From: Octopus sinensis
Taxonomy: Eukaryota
DNA length: 64,000 nt
Assembly: GCF_006345805.1 (NCBI RefSeq)
Contig: NC_043019.1
Coordinates: 13,081,360-13,145,359 of the forward strand
Direction of reading: 5' to 3'
Position 1 is the first letter of the stretch. Each line of letters begins with the position of its first letter. The translations under genes and the position numbers were made by a program. Shown here piece after piece: positions 50,170 to 64,000 of the stretch. The notes under the pieces were generated by a model. It saw only the letters and a program-made list of their open reading frames with translations. It made no database searches and had not been told where the DNA came from.

Positions 50170-51040
50170 TATAAGTTTATTATTTCTCTCTCTCTTTCCT
50201 TCTGTCTCTCCCCCTCTGTTACCACTCCCCCATCTCTCTTCTTCCTCTGTTTCTGTTACTCCTTCTCTCTCCTCTCTTTCCCCCTCTCTCTCCTCTCTTT
50301 CCCCCTCTCTCTTCTCTCTTTCCCCCTCTCTCTCCTCTCTTTCCCCCTCTCTCTTCTCTCTTTCCCCCTCTCTCTTCTCTCTTTCCCCCTTTCTCTTCTC
50401 TCTTTCCCCCTCTCTCTTCTCTCTTCTCTCTTTCCCCTTCTCTCTTTCCCCCTCTCCCCCGCTCTCCTCTCTCTTGTCCCCCCTCTCCTCTCTTGTCCCC
50501 CCTCTCCTCTCTTGTCCCCCCTCTCCTCTCTTGTCCCCCCTCTCCTCTCTTGTCCCCCCTCTCCTCTCTTGTCCCCCCTCTCCTCTCTTTCCCCCCTCTC
50601 CTCTCTTTCCCCCTCTCTCTCTCTCTTTCCCCCTCTCTCCTCTCTTTCCTCCTCTCCTCTCTTTCCTCCTCTCCTCTCTTTCCCCCTCTCTCCTCTCTTT
50701 CCCCCTCTCCTCTCTTCCCCCCCCCTCTCCTCTCTTCCCCCTCTCTCCTCTCTTTCCCCCCTCTCCTCCTCTCTTCCCCCTCTCTCCTCTCTTCCCCCTC
50801 TCTCCTCTCTTCCCCCTCTCTCTCCTCTCTTTCCCCCTCTCTCCTCTCTTTCCCCCTCTCTCCTCTCTTCCCCCTCTCTCCTCTCTTTCCCCCTCTCTCC
50901 ACTCTTCCCCCACCTCTCCTCTCTTTCCCCCACCTCTCCTCTCTTTCCTCCTCTCCTCTCCCCCCCTCTCCCCTCTTGTCACACACCCTCTCTCGCCCCT
51001 CCTCCTCTTCTTTCCTCTCCTCCCCCTCTCTCTGCAACCA
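50170..51040 (+). repeat. Polypyrimidine/polypurine tract (CT-rich, ~17-19-bp quasi-units)
   Basis: Almost exclusively C/T on the plus strand for about 870 bp. Confidence 0.95.
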
Positions 51041-51933
51041 CCAATATTTAATTGGTTATTCACTTAGCTAACCAACATAGAAAAACAACAATAACAACCA
51101 CCACCACCAACAACAGCAGCAGCAACAATAACTACAGCCGTCGCATCATAAACAGCAATAGTTACTTCTATTGAAGAAAGCAATATTTTGATGGGGACCT
51201 GCCACCACGCAAACAAGCCCCCCCTCCTCCCCCCAAGAAACAACAACAAAAGAACCAACCTTATTTTGTTAAATCAACTTTGGATACAATCCATCTCAGG
51301 CACTGACTATAGAAGTGTAGATTCTTTGAGAAGGGAAAGAATTATAATAAATTCCTCAGCTAGATTTCAATGTTGGCGATTCTATTTTAATTATGTAAAT
51401 GATCTAATTAGCCTTTTACATATGGGATTAAGGAATTGAGAAATCGAATGACAACCAGGAAAACCTCTGGAGCAGGGTGATGGTTTCATCAATATAAAAT
51501 AAATAAAAACCTCCTTCAGTCACAAATGACCATGGGATTGTACCCAGAAAGTTCCCCTCTGCGGCACATGTCTAGGCAAGGTTGCCCATAGAAGACCTGC
51601 AGTCACCCATGCATACCATCCTCCCCTTTCTACCACAATCTACCCTACAATCTACAACCATTCCCATCCAAATGAACCCAGTGTTACCCAGGAAAAATTT
51701 ACATGAACAGACACTGTAGAATGGCAAGATTAGCTTAAATGTATCACGGTCCAGTGATTGCTTAGCTGGCCAGAACTTCAAAGTCACTGTCAATACTATT
51801 CTTGAAGAAGAATAATAAAGTTGTACTCTACAGTGTTTTGTTTAAGAATGCAATACACTGCCTGGTTCAGGAATTGAAAGCACCATCTTTTAATTGTGGA
51901 TGCAACACTGTAACCACTTGGTCACATATCCTC

Positions 51934-51969
<36 letters not shown>

Positions 51970-53930
51970 AGTAGGTGAATGAATTATCCTATGTTTATCG
52001 TCAGCATGGAAAATTCGTTTAACCGAAACCTGGGTAGCAAATTCAAGTCAGAAAACACGGTTGAAGCGACCTGTCAAGGGTAGAAACTCCGGGTTCATGT
52101 GTAGAAATTTGTAGATACAAATATATATATATATACAACACACAAAAATATATATATATATATGTGTGTGTGTATGTATAGTTAGGGTTATTTTATATAT
52201 ATATATATATACTTGGGAGGACATCAAAGAAATGTTGAACACAATGAGAAAAGAAAACATAAAAACAAAAACATAGAAAATGAACTTTTTTTCAAACAAT
52301 GAAAAAAACAGAAACGAGACATGCAACACAAGGAATATTCCCCTTCTTCCGTTGTCCCTGTTTCATCTACTCTGCATTTCGAAGGTGCTATATTTTGTAC
52401 CCTATGTATGTATATATATATATATGGTATGAGAAGTATTGGTGTCAAGAAGAGCCAAAGGTGTCGGGTAATGCTGAGTAAGTGCTATGAATAGACTATA
52501 GTTAAGCTCCAGGTTCGATAATGATACAAACGAGGAGTTCAACGTAGGTCATGTATTAGCATGCATATATATATATATATAGGGAGAGTTTACGAAAAAG
52601 ACAAAAGACGAAGACAGGTGGTGTACAAAACAAACAGATGTATTAGTATAACGCTCAGGATTAGAAAAAAGTCTTTTACATTTCGAGCCTACGCTCTTCT
52701 ACAGAAAGGGACACAGAAAAAACAAGGAAAGAAACAAGGAGAGAAAAAAAATGTGTGTAGTGGCTAACGATCTATCATGGCGACTGATATATATATATAT
52801 ATATATGTAAAATTAACAGAATGTGATTGAAAAAAATCCAAGACTGTGAATAGTTTTTAGAACATTTATAAAGAGAAGGTCGGTGGACAAACACAAAGAC
52901 ACACACGCAACAACTGATGTTGGTTCATTTCTATCGCCGTAACTAAGCAGTTCAGCAAAAGACGCCAATAAAATAAATATCAGACTTTTAAAAAAAGAAG
53001 TATACACTCTCTTTTACTCTTTTACTTGTTTCAGTCATTTGACTGCGGCCATGCTGGGGCACCGTCTTTAGTTGAGCAAATCGACCCCGGGACTTATTCT
53101 TTGTAAGCCCAGTACTTATTCTATCAGTCTCTTTTGCTGAACCGCTAGGTGATGGGGACATAAACACAACAGCATCGGTTGTCAAGCAATGCTAGGGGGA
53201 CAAACAGACACACAAACACACACACACATATATATACATATATACGACGGGCTTCTTTCAGTTTCCGTCTACCAAATCCACTCACAAGGCTTTGGTCGGC
53301 CTGAGGTTATAGTAGAAGACACTTGCCCAAGGTGCCACGCAGTGGGACTGAACCCAGGACCATGTGGTTGGTAAGCAAGCTTCTTACCACACAGTCACTC
53401 CTGCACCTATATGTACTAGTTTTGATTTGTTTGACTAAACCTTCCAAGCCAGTGGCCCCAGCATAGCTGCAGTCAATGGACTGAGACAAGGGCAGAATAA
53501 AAGATTCTACCATTCTAATAATTCGTTCCAACTGCTAAGGAATACAGCAAAAGAAGTCCAGAATGTATAAACACAGCGCCACCAGGGAACCCATGTGTTC
53601 TGTATTAATGATGTAATACCAAGTGACAGCATACTTATAACAATGGTAATGTAGAATGACTTGAGGGAAAGAAACTAACTCTATTTATAGTAAAATTCTT
53701 GTCTCAAGGTTTTGGTAGCGTCATTTCATACGAGAAAATAATTATCTTTTAATCATTAGGTTTTATTTAATTATCAGTCTTATTAATTTAATTTAGCGCC
53801 AAGACTGAAATATTGCCCTGGCGACTTGTTGGCACTAAAAGAAAGAAAAATAAAATGGTGTTAGGCTAAATTAATTTAGTTTGTGTTATTACATTTACCC
53901 TTAAAACTCTGCAAGTCTGTCTGGTTTAAG

Positions 53931-54036
53931 GGAGAACATATTCGTATTGGTTGCAACAGTGAAGATATATAAAGATACATTGAGGACGTACGAAGTGCCC
54001 TTGCATGGTCTCAGCCCTCGAATGGAACTGATGAAA
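53931..54036 (+). CDS. Candidate internal exon: ENIFVLVATVKIYKDTLRTYEVPLHGLSPRMELMK
   Basis: AG| at 53930 (or 53915), donor AAA|GTATGA, phase 2 to 0, compatible with exon 29816-29898. Could be chance. Confidence 0.25.
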
Positions 54037-54060
54037 GTATGAAAGAAAAGTGTACATATG

Positions 54061-54226
54061 CTCAGGAGTGGCTGTGTGGTAATAAGCTTGCTTCCCAACC
54101 ACATGGGTCTGGGTTCAGTCCCACTGCGTAGCACCTTGGGCAAGTGTCTGCTACTATAGCTTAAGGCTGACTAAAGCCTTGTGAGTGGATTTGGTAGACG
54201 GAAACTGAAAGAAGCCCATGTACATG

Positions 54227-54257
<31 letters not shown>

Positions 54258-54838
54258 GCATGCATTTGTGTCTGTGTTTGTCTCCCCACCATTACTTGAC
54301 AACCAATGTCAGTGTGTTTACGTTCCCGTCACTTAGCAGTTCAGGAAAAGAAACCGATAGAATAAGTAACTTGGCTCACAAAGAATAAGTCCTGGGGTCA
54401 ATTTGCTCAACTAAAGGCGGAGCTCCAGCATGGCCACAGTCAAATGACTGAAACAAGTAAAAGTAAAAGAGAGTATACATATACACACACACTCACGTAT
54501 ATTACTCTTTACTCTTTTACTTGTTTCAGTCATTTGACTGCGGCCATGCTGGAGCACCGCCTTTAATCGAGCAATTCGACCCCGGGACTTATTCTTTGTA
54601 AGCCCAGTACTTATTCTATCGGTATGTTTTGCCGAACCGCTAAGTGACGGGGACATAAACACAACAGCATCGGTTGGGCTTCTTTCAGTTTCCATTTACC
54701 AAATCCATTCACAAGGCTTTGGTCAGCCTGAGGCTGTAGTAGAAGAAAGACACTTGCCCAAGGTGCCACGCAGTGGGACTGAACCCGGAACCATGTGGTT
54801 GGTAAGCAAGCTACTTACCACACAGCCACTCCTGCACC
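54061..54838. mobile_element. Tail-to-tail pair of SINE A copies (54061-54470 +, 54505-54838 -)
   Basis: Spacer of about 35 bp between the two tails. Confidence 0.85.
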
Positions 54839-55119
54839 TAGAAAAACAGATTCACATTTTAAACTTGAGAAATATCTTGCATACTTTTATTGTTCCTCTT
54901 TACAGATTGTATTTTGTATTGTGCAAGATCATTGGTTATTTTCTTTTTATGAAAACCTTAGCGTAGGAGTGGCTGTGTGGTTAGTAGCTTGCTTATGAAC
55001 CACACTGTTCCAGGTTCAGTTCCACTGCATGGCACCTTGGGCAAGTGTCTTCTACTATAGCCTAGGGCTGACCAAAGCCTTGTGAGTGGATTTGGTAGAT
55101 GGAAACTGAAAGAAGCAGT

Positions 55120-55300
55120 GTCCTGAATAATAATAATAATAACAATAATAATGATAATATTGAAAAATACCTTAGGAATGAGAACCCAGGTTCGAAATTT
55201 CCTCAAGACACCTGAAGAAGGCTGGAGGGTATATCAGGTGAAACATTGTGTTAACAACAAATAAGATGAGAACAAATATTCGTCAAATGTAAATAATGTT
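55120..55300 (+). mobile_element. Third family-H copy (head truncated), with hammerhead-like body at 55207-55252
   Basis: GACAC CTGAAGA A GGCTG gagggtatat CAGGT GAA ACAT T GTGTT. Stem I is intact; stems II and III are mutated. Confidence 0.75.
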
Positions 55301-55547
55301 AGCTACAATTGTTCCCAGTTCCACTCTGACCCGGAGTAGTAGCACTTGCTAGACTCTCCACTAGGGATTAATTAGCATGTGAGCCACTAGGAGTGAAGGA
55401 CCCCTAATTCTTGCTAGAACTTCTTCCAAGGAGAAGGTAAGCTCTTACAAAAAATCTCAAGGTGCCGTTGGTTTCTGACTGTCTCAATCTCGGTTGTGCT
55501 ATTGGTGTTATGGCTTATTGCACCAAACAATGGGTTCAGTGTTGTGC

Positions 55548-55967
55548 ATCAGTCGAACCAATTCTACTATATGGCTAAGAAACCTGGACGTTATCAAAGA
55601 AGCTTGAGAGGCGGTTGGATGGAACCTACACTCGCCTCCTTATGAGAGCTCAAAATCTCTCGTGGAAGCGCCATCCAACCAAAATGCAAATATATGGGAA
55701 ATTACCACCTGTGTCATCTCTTGTGAAAGGTAGGAGAATCCAGTTTGCTGGACATTGTTGTAGAGCTGAAAACGCGGTAATTTGTACTCTTCTCCTCTGG
55801 AAGCCATCTACTCACAATACCAGAGGGCGCACACTCTCTTTCCCTGATGTAATTTCCAGGGATACAGGCATCCAGCAACAGGACCTCCGTAATGCCATCA
55901 TGGACCGTGAAGTCTGGCGTAGCATGGTAAATTCCATTGTCTCGACCACGGTCGAACAATGATGATG
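55548..55967 (+). mobile_element. 5'-truncated RTE-clade LINE 3' end
   Basis: Near-identical to 9706-10200, with a (TGA)n tail. Confidence 0.88.
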
Positions 55968-56419
55968 TGCATCATCTTATCCATTCAATGCAAATTTGTG
56001 CACAGGAACTTCTTGGACTCTCAGAACATTTGCATGGACTCACTGAGTTTAAGGAAGTGGTCTTACTTGGTCACTAGTTGACTTCCACCATGTACACACA
56101 CACACACATGTATGTATGTGCATATATATGTATGCATATATATAGAGACAAAGTGGCTGAGTGCCTTTCAAGTGTTGGGTCTCACGGAGGAGTAGGGGCC
56201 AAAACCGGACGTGGGTCCTCCTGTTGATGTCTTTAGCCACTGGATCCTATAAAGAAGCTGTTGAGGTAGCAAACCACAAAACGTGGTTGGAATTCCTCAA
56301 TCCTGTAATCAAACGGACATGATGGATCAATTAGTAAGCAATTTAATTGTTCCATATCAATTATTATGTCTGGTCTATTATATTCTATCTTCTTATCTAT
56401 TTGAATAGGAAAATCCCAT

Positions 56420-56600
56420 AAAATTTTGTTCTTCTCTTATTATTATTATCATCATCATCATCACCATTATTATTATCATCATCATTATTATCATTATTAT
56501 TTTTATTATTATCAGTTTTATTATTATTGTTATTATTATTTTTATTATCATCATCATCATTATTATTATTATTATTATCATTATTATTATTCATAGTCAT
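56420..56600 (+). repeat. (ATT/ATC)n trinucleotide tract
   Basis: Seen directly. Confidence 0.95.
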
Positions 56601-56978
56601 TTACTTATTAATGTGTCTCTATTGATCTCGGCCACCCCTCTTCCATTCATTAACCCGTCTCGCCCTGCCCCCCCTCCAGCCTCTTTCTTTGTATCGTTTT
56701 TCTTCCATGCAATTTCATCCTTTGCATCGACGCCCAGCATCTTGGGTTGGTGGGGTGGGGGGTGTTCTCATGACGAGCGAAAAAAAAAAAGAAATTAATA
56801 ATAAATAATAATTAATAATAAATAATAAATTACATTAACGATAACAACGGTGGCGACAATGACAATGATAATGATTTTAGCTCGTTAAAGAAACTAAACG
56901 AAGAGAGCTTGTAGTTTGCTGTTAGTAAAACACCAGACAGTCAACAGTTATTATTTTGCAGACGATAGCAAATATCTC

Positions 56979-57021
<43 letters not shown>

Positions 57022-57536
57022 CACACACACACACACCTCTTTTTCTTTCTTCATCTTATTGTTGTTGCTGTTGATGGTCTGGTCTTTATGCTTATGTTGT
57101 TGTTGATGATGATGATGATGGTTATTATGTTTTTTTTCGTATTGGAGGTGTTGCGCATGACAATGTGTTTGTTTGCTTGATGGAGTTGTTGCTGTTGTAA
57201 AGGTGTTTTTGTTTCTTTCCATCATTTGCTGTCGAAGATAACATGTTTTTTTTCATGTTTTGAGTAATTTTTGTCTCTTTACAAACATTTTTTAACTATA
57301 AAATGAATGAATATATATATATGTGTGTGTGTATTATTATACATATAATATATGTATATTATACATACAATATATACACATATATGCATATATACATATG
57401 ATATATACACATATACATATATATACACACACACATGTATATACACATATACATACACACATACATTTATACATATATACACATACATTTATATATATAT
57501 ATTACACAAACAAATGTGCATATATACACATATATA

Positions 57537-57596
<60 letters not shown>

Positions 57597-57679
57597 AATG
57601 TGTATATATATGCATATATATATATATATATAGACACACACACACACATATATATACACACACAAATGTGTATATATGC

Positions 57680-57734
<55 letters not shown>

Positions 57735-57748
57735 AATGTGTATATATA

Positions 57749-57790
<42 letters not shown>

Positions 57791-58667
57791 ACACACACAC
57801 ACACATTACATATATATGGCCAAGTATATAAAAATAAATATGAATTTTCTATAATTTAAATATATATATATATATTATGTATAACACATACATATATCTG
57901 CATATTTGTATATACAGATATATATGTGTATATATATGTGTGTATATATGCATATTTGTTTATAGGTTTGTTGAAACAAACAGGATAAAAAGAGCTCAAT
58001 ACATTAGAATATATATATTTTTTTCTTTCCATTTTAATCGACAGAATGCAGTGAGTTGGCAGAACGGTTAATGTGCTGGACAAAATGCTTGGAAGCGTTT
58101 TGGCCATCTTTAGATTCTGAGTTCAAATTCTGCTGAAGTCGACTTTGACTTTTATCCTTTCAGGGTCAATGAATTAAGTGCCAATCAAGCACTGGGGTCA
58201 GTAGAATTGACCAGTCCACTTCCCTGAAATTTTAGGCCACGTACCAAAAGCAGAGAGGTTTCTTCCTTTTTTTTTTTCATTTATTAGAAAAATCACTTTT
58301 GTAACACTTTTGCCAAATACGTGTGTGTGTGTGTATGTGTGCATGCCTGTGTGTGTGTATGAGTGCATGTGTGCATATGAGTGTATGTATGTGTGTATAT
58401 ATGTACATGCTTGCATGTATGTGTATACACACTCATGTACACATATACATATATACGTATATCTTACCATTTTTTTGATCTCTTACTTGTTTCAGTCATT
58501 AGACTGTGGCCATGCTGGGGCACCAGCTTGAAGAATTTTAATTGAATGAATCAACCCCAGTACTTTTCTTCTACTAAACCTGGTACTTATTCTATTGGTC
58601 CATTTGCTGAACCACTAAGTTACAGGGACATAAACCAACCAACACTGCTTGTAAGGCAGCGGTAGGG

Positions 58668-58743
<76 letters not shown>

Positions 58744-58906
58744 TATAAATGATGGGCTTCTTTCAGTTTCTGTTAGCCAAATCCAATCATAAGGCTTTGG
58801 TTGGCCCAAGATTATAGTAGAAGACACTTGCCCAGCACACCCAGCATTGAGAGTGAACCCAGAACCATGCGGTTTGGAAGCAGACTTCTTACCACACAGC
58901 CACCCC

Positions 58907-58946
<40 letters not shown>

Positions 58947-61109
58947 ATCACGTATGTGTATACATTACATAAACCAGTTATTGAATTTTTAAATCTGGGA
59001 ACTTCCTCAATCCATGCGTTCTAAATTTATTAAACAAACTTACACCTTTATTAATCACTTATTTATTTACCCTTAATTAATCTATTCTGTATTCATTTAT
59101 TTTTTTTACTTCTCATCTGACTGCAGCCATGCTGGAGCACTGCCTTTAGTTGAGCAAATCGACCCCAGAGATTATTCTTTGAAAGCCTAGTACTTATTCT
59201 ATCGGTTTATTTTGCCAAACTGCGGGGATGTAAACACACCAGCATCGGTTGTCAAGCAATGTTGGGGGGACAAAAAGACACACACACACACTCACTTATA
59301 TGACGGGCTTCTTCCCATTTCCATCTGCCAAATCCACTCACAAGGCTTTGTTTGACCCAAGGCTATAGTAGAAGACACTTGCCCAAGGTGCCACGCAGTG
59401 GGACTGAACCCAAGACCCCATGTGGTTGGTAAGCAAGCTACTTACCACACAGCCATCCCTTTTTTAACTCAACGATTTTTTTCGATATTATACAATAATA
59501 TATATTTATATTTTACCGTTCAATTTGCGCACTTCCAAAAAAATCGTTAGCAAAACCACCCAATGAAATTCAAATGCTTATTCACCAGATTGAATCACAT
59601 CAAATTACACATTACAAGTACAATCACAATTTTATTCTATGCTTAATTACAACTGCCTGATGAACCGGAATGGGCAACTTTGACTAGCATTTTTTTTTTT
59701 TTCTGTTCTTGCAGCTTTAATACAAAAAATGTATATTAGTCTACCTCTGGTACTTGAGTACTATTTTTATTACCACCTTGTTTTGCATTTGTGTGTCTAC
59801 TCATGTGTATATCAATCGTAGATATTCATATATGAATCATATTTATTTTTCAAAATACAATATGAATGTATGTTTTTAGGAGAATTTGCTGAGGGCCTCC
59901 AGATAAAAACAGTTTGGAAAGAATAGAAATGAATGTTTATAAATTAACTGCATATATTCTTTTCTACTCTAGGCACAAGGCCTGAAATTTTTGGGGAGGG
60001 GGTTAGTTGATTAGCTCGACCTCAGTATGCAACTGGTATTTAATCTATCGACCCCGAAAGAATGAAAGGTAAAGTCGACCTCGGTGGAATTTGAACTCAG
60101 AACATAAAGACAGACGAAATATCTATTTCTTTACAACCCACAAGGGGGCTAAACACAGAGAGGACAAACAAGGACAGACAAACGAATTAAATCGATTACA
60201 TCGGCCCCAGTGTGTAACTGGTACTTATTTAATCGACCCCGAAAAGATGAAAGGCAAAGTCGACCTTGGCAGAATTTGAACTCAGAACGTAGCAACAGGC
60301 GAAATACCACTAAGCATTTCGCCCGGTTTGCTAATGACTCTGCCAGCTTGCTGCCCTAATAATAGTAATAATAACAACAACAACAATAATAATGATCATA
60401 CTAGTGGTGATGATGGTAGTGATGATGATGGCTATTAGGTTTGGCCTAGGGGAAAGCTTGGAAGCAATCTTAATATTGAATCTATTATTTCACGTTCAGA
60501 ACTTATTACGCCTTAATGTCTTGGCAATGAAACAATGGAAAAGTGATGAGGGGTCACCATTGTTGAGCTGTATTTAGGGAATCAGTTGACCTTCATTTTA
60601 GTCTAGGCTGCAGAGTCACACGTGTGTATGAAATTGTACTGTGTGGTTTCTGTTGCAGATACACACACCTTTACACATATATATGCACAGAAGCAATTAT
60701 ATATATATATAGACAGATAAACATATTTGTGTACACTAACTTATATATATATATATATATATATAAATGAGTAGTTGAATGAATTGTCATTCAACTCCAT
60801 TCTTTCATTTATATATATATATATATATATATACATGTAAGCGCGGGCATGGCTGTGTGGTTAGGGAGCTTGCTTCCTAGCTATATGGTTTCGGGTTCAG
60901 TCCCACTGCGTGGCATTTTGGGTAGGTGTCTTTCACTATAGCCCCGAGCTGACCGGAGCTTTGTGATTGAATTCGGTAGGTGGAAGTTACTGCCGTGTGT
61001 GTATATGTGCGTGTAGGTGCTTGTGCCTCTCCGAAAGAGAGAGAGGGAAATATACACACACATATACATGTGTATATATACACACACACATATGTATGCA
61101 TACATACAT

Positions 61110-61157
<48 letters not shown>

Positions 61158-62639
61158 GCATATATATATGTATATATATATATATATGCACACATATATA
61201 TACATGCATATATACATATATACCTATCTATCTATCATTCTATCTATCTCTGTACACACACACACACACACACACACATAGACACGCTTGTGTACACACA
61301 TGCATTTATAGAGATATGTATGCAAACACATGCATGTATACTTAGACATTCTATGAATATTCTGTTGCACATGCATGCAACTGCATGGACACTTTCACAC
61401 ACACACATATCCACAATTTTATACGCATATATATATATGTATATATGTATGTATATAATATATATGTATATATACCGAGGTGTGTTTGTATGGTTGCATG
61501 CATGCACATAAATCTACACGCAATTTTTTTTTTTAAATGCACACATCTGCATTCCTCCTTGCATGGACGCGTGAATCTGCATATCTGCATGTTAATCTGC
61601 ATCAATGCATGAAGAACGGATGTTTGAATAATACAAAAATACAAAAAAAAAAACCCCAAAATTGCCCAAAAATCTAAAAAATACAGGAATATAAAAACAA
61701 TTAGATACAAAATATATGGAAGCTCAGAAAGTTATTATGCAAATGCTTGTGTACACGAAACTACATTCATACATTAATATAAAACCATTTGGGTGTTTAA
61801 TCACAGTAGACATGCATAGAGGGTAGGGGTGTGGATGAAGCTGTGTAAATAAGGACTTTGTGGAAACAGTGATACAAATAAATACAGAATGTAAAGAATT
61901 GTTTTGCAGTTATTTAAGGAGGGGTCGATGTTCATGGGAAATGTGTAGGGAAAGGTTAAATGCTTAAGCTTGTCATTACAGCAGATATTTTAAGGATTAT
62001 ATGAATTAGGAACCAAAGAAAAATCTATTAAAAATTTGGGTAAAGCGCTTCATTAGATGCATAAATATATACACAAATGAATCAGAATTTATGTGGGCTG
62101 GAAACTTGTGTATTAAATGTATGTGTGGTAAGTAGCCTGCTTACCAACCACATGGTTCTGGGTTCAGTCTTACTTTGTGGCACCTTGGGCAAGTGTCTTC
62201 TACTATAGCCTCGGGCCGACCAAAGCCTTGTGAGTGAATTTGGTAGGCAGAAACTGAAAATAGCTTGTGTGTGTGTATATATATATATATATACTGTATT
62301 TTAACATGTATAAGGAGCCCCCTAATTTTGGGGGCTTAAAATTTGGAAAAGGGTTTTGTAAGGGATTATAATACTGCAAGGTATAAGAAACTCCCATATT
62401 TTTTAACCTAATTTTTGACCAAAATATGATCTTTATACACGTTAAAATATGGTATGCATATATGCATTTTTGTGTCTGTTTGTCCCCCAACATCGCTTGA
62501 CAACCAATGCTGATGTGTTTATGTTCCCCATAACTTAGTGGTTCAGTAAAGAGATCAACAGAATAAGTATTAAGCTTACAAAGAATAAATCTTGGGATTG
62601 ATTTGTTCGACTTGGGCCTGTGTATATATAAGGAGTTCA

Positions 62640-63790
62640 AACCAGAGTTTGAGTTCAGAATGGAGCTTTAATACTAACTTCTGTGGAATTGTACAATATA
62701 GTCTATTTTGCAGCACTTGGACTGCAATTTTCATTCTGCTTGGTACTCTAACATGGTCTCTAACATGTTTCTCCTGTTGGTGTTGAGCTTTCAGCAGCCA
62801 CATGCATTTGGACTGTTCTTCTGTTAATATTTCTGAAGGCGTAGGTGTGTTGGTAGAATCTTCTTTTTAAAAGTATTCTCTGTTGAATCATTGTAGGTTG
62901 TGGTATGTTATTAGTGCATACATATGTGTGGTATGCTATTGATTTTTTTCAAGACATCAATAGTTGAGTTGGCAGTTTGTGGGGGTTAGTACAACTGCAC
63001 ATTGGAAGGTGTCCATGTTGTTGTTATGTAATACATTTATGTCACTGTTGCTTGCTATATGATCCGGCTCTAATTTAGCTTAACATCGTGTCTGTTGGAC
63101 ATTTTAAGGTCAACGTAATTGAATCAAAGTGAGACATTTATTAGTGAATTTTTCTGACATTGAAACTGAGCTGGGGGCAGTTTAATGCTCTTTATGGCAT
63201 TTTGTGTTATTTGAGATGTTTGATATCGATTGAATTTTACCTTTAATGTCACTTAGCAGCAAAAGAGTGTTGTAATATTTGGGCGATGTAATGAAATAGG
63301 CTTCCTTTCAGTATATAAGTAAAAGTGAAAGTGGCTTCATTTGAAGATATGCTGATATTCTTGACTACAATCTTGAGGATGAAGCATGGATGGCCGGAGT
63401 TTCCATCAATGAATATTACAACACCATTCTGAGGCTAAGTGACATTAAAGATAAAATTCAATAGATCGCAAATATCTCAAATAACACAAAATCCCATAAA
63501 CAGCATTAAATGAATAGCAACCATTTCTTGAGCTTTCTGAAGGGGTGGTCGTTGCCACTGCTTAAGTTTGGTGTTGTATCAAAGAAATTTACTGTTTAGA
63601 GTTATGTCTATTGTTAATTCTAGATGAAGTTGTTTGAGATATCAATGAATTTTTTTCCTAAAATTGCCTCATTGGCCACCGTTAATATTCAGTGCTCATC
63701 ATCTTGATGGAAGGCAACATGGCAATTTATTAAATTTTGTATTTAATATGTACAATATGCGCAAGCTTATTAAACTGGTTTTCAGTTGGT
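62640..63790 (-). mobile_element. Decayed Penelope-like element: RT end, linker and GIY-YIG remnant
   Basis: With frameshifts: HQDD (~63700), VNFFDTTPNLSSGNDHPFRK (~63593-63535), IDGNSGHPCFILK (~63410-63372), CSCTNP.NC.L (~62990), TENTFKK.FYQH (~62870), SKCMWLLK (~62800). These follow the PLE motif order. Confidence 0.65.
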
Positions 63791-64000
63791 TATGGTGACA
63801 TATGTTCCAGTTGATCCGATCAACTGCGGAAGGATCATTAAGAAAAAAAGTGGAGGTGCAATGGCCCAGTGGTTAGGGCAGCAGACTCGCTGATATGAGC
63901 TGCTGTCTGCCAAACCGATAATATTTCACGAGTTACACGCAAAACAGCGACAAAGCAAACAATAGCGTATATATTCCTCTGTAATATATTCTTTGTGGAG

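Noticed and set aside
50077-51071. Arg/Glu/Gly-rich and Pro/Leu/Ser-rich ORFs
   Set aside because: Translations of the CT/AG tract.
53515-53690. Hydrophobic minus-strand open frames (SFYITIVISML... / YKYAVTWYYII...)
   Set aside because: Both frames end in stops without a convincing donor, and there is no partner exon.
59655-59690. Other CTGATGA hits (also 2697, 44745, 54028) as hammerheads
   Set aside because: No stem II followed by GAAA and no stem I complement.

Overview
AT-rich, repeat-dense eukaryotic (metazoan) DNA. The SINE families, the microsatellite load and the intron sizes point to an octopod cephalopod such as Octopus; this is an inference from repeat style, not from a search. 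Protein-coding content is small. (1) A minus-strand TMEM205 orthologue has three clearly spliceable coding exons (9116-8950, 7141-6978, 5477-5193); its start-codon exon was not located. (2) An unidentified minus-strand spliced ORF lies just downstream (3475-3380, 1497-1436, 653-464). (3) There are weakly supported exons of a plus-strand gene, starting at 29816. The rest is at least five tRNA-headed SINE families, RTE, CR1 and RLE-type LINE remnants, two Penelope-like (PLE) remnants, DNA-transposon MITEs and satellites. The most notable signal is a set of minimal hammerhead-ribozyme motifs in three unrelated repeat families. One of them is a tRNA-headed, Pol III-type SINE whose body carries a hammerhead (14459-15090, 55120-55300). 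They co-occur with a 1.2-kb PLE GIY-YIG palindrome (23705-24880). Nearly all ORFs in the supplied track are artefacts of SINEs or simple repeats.
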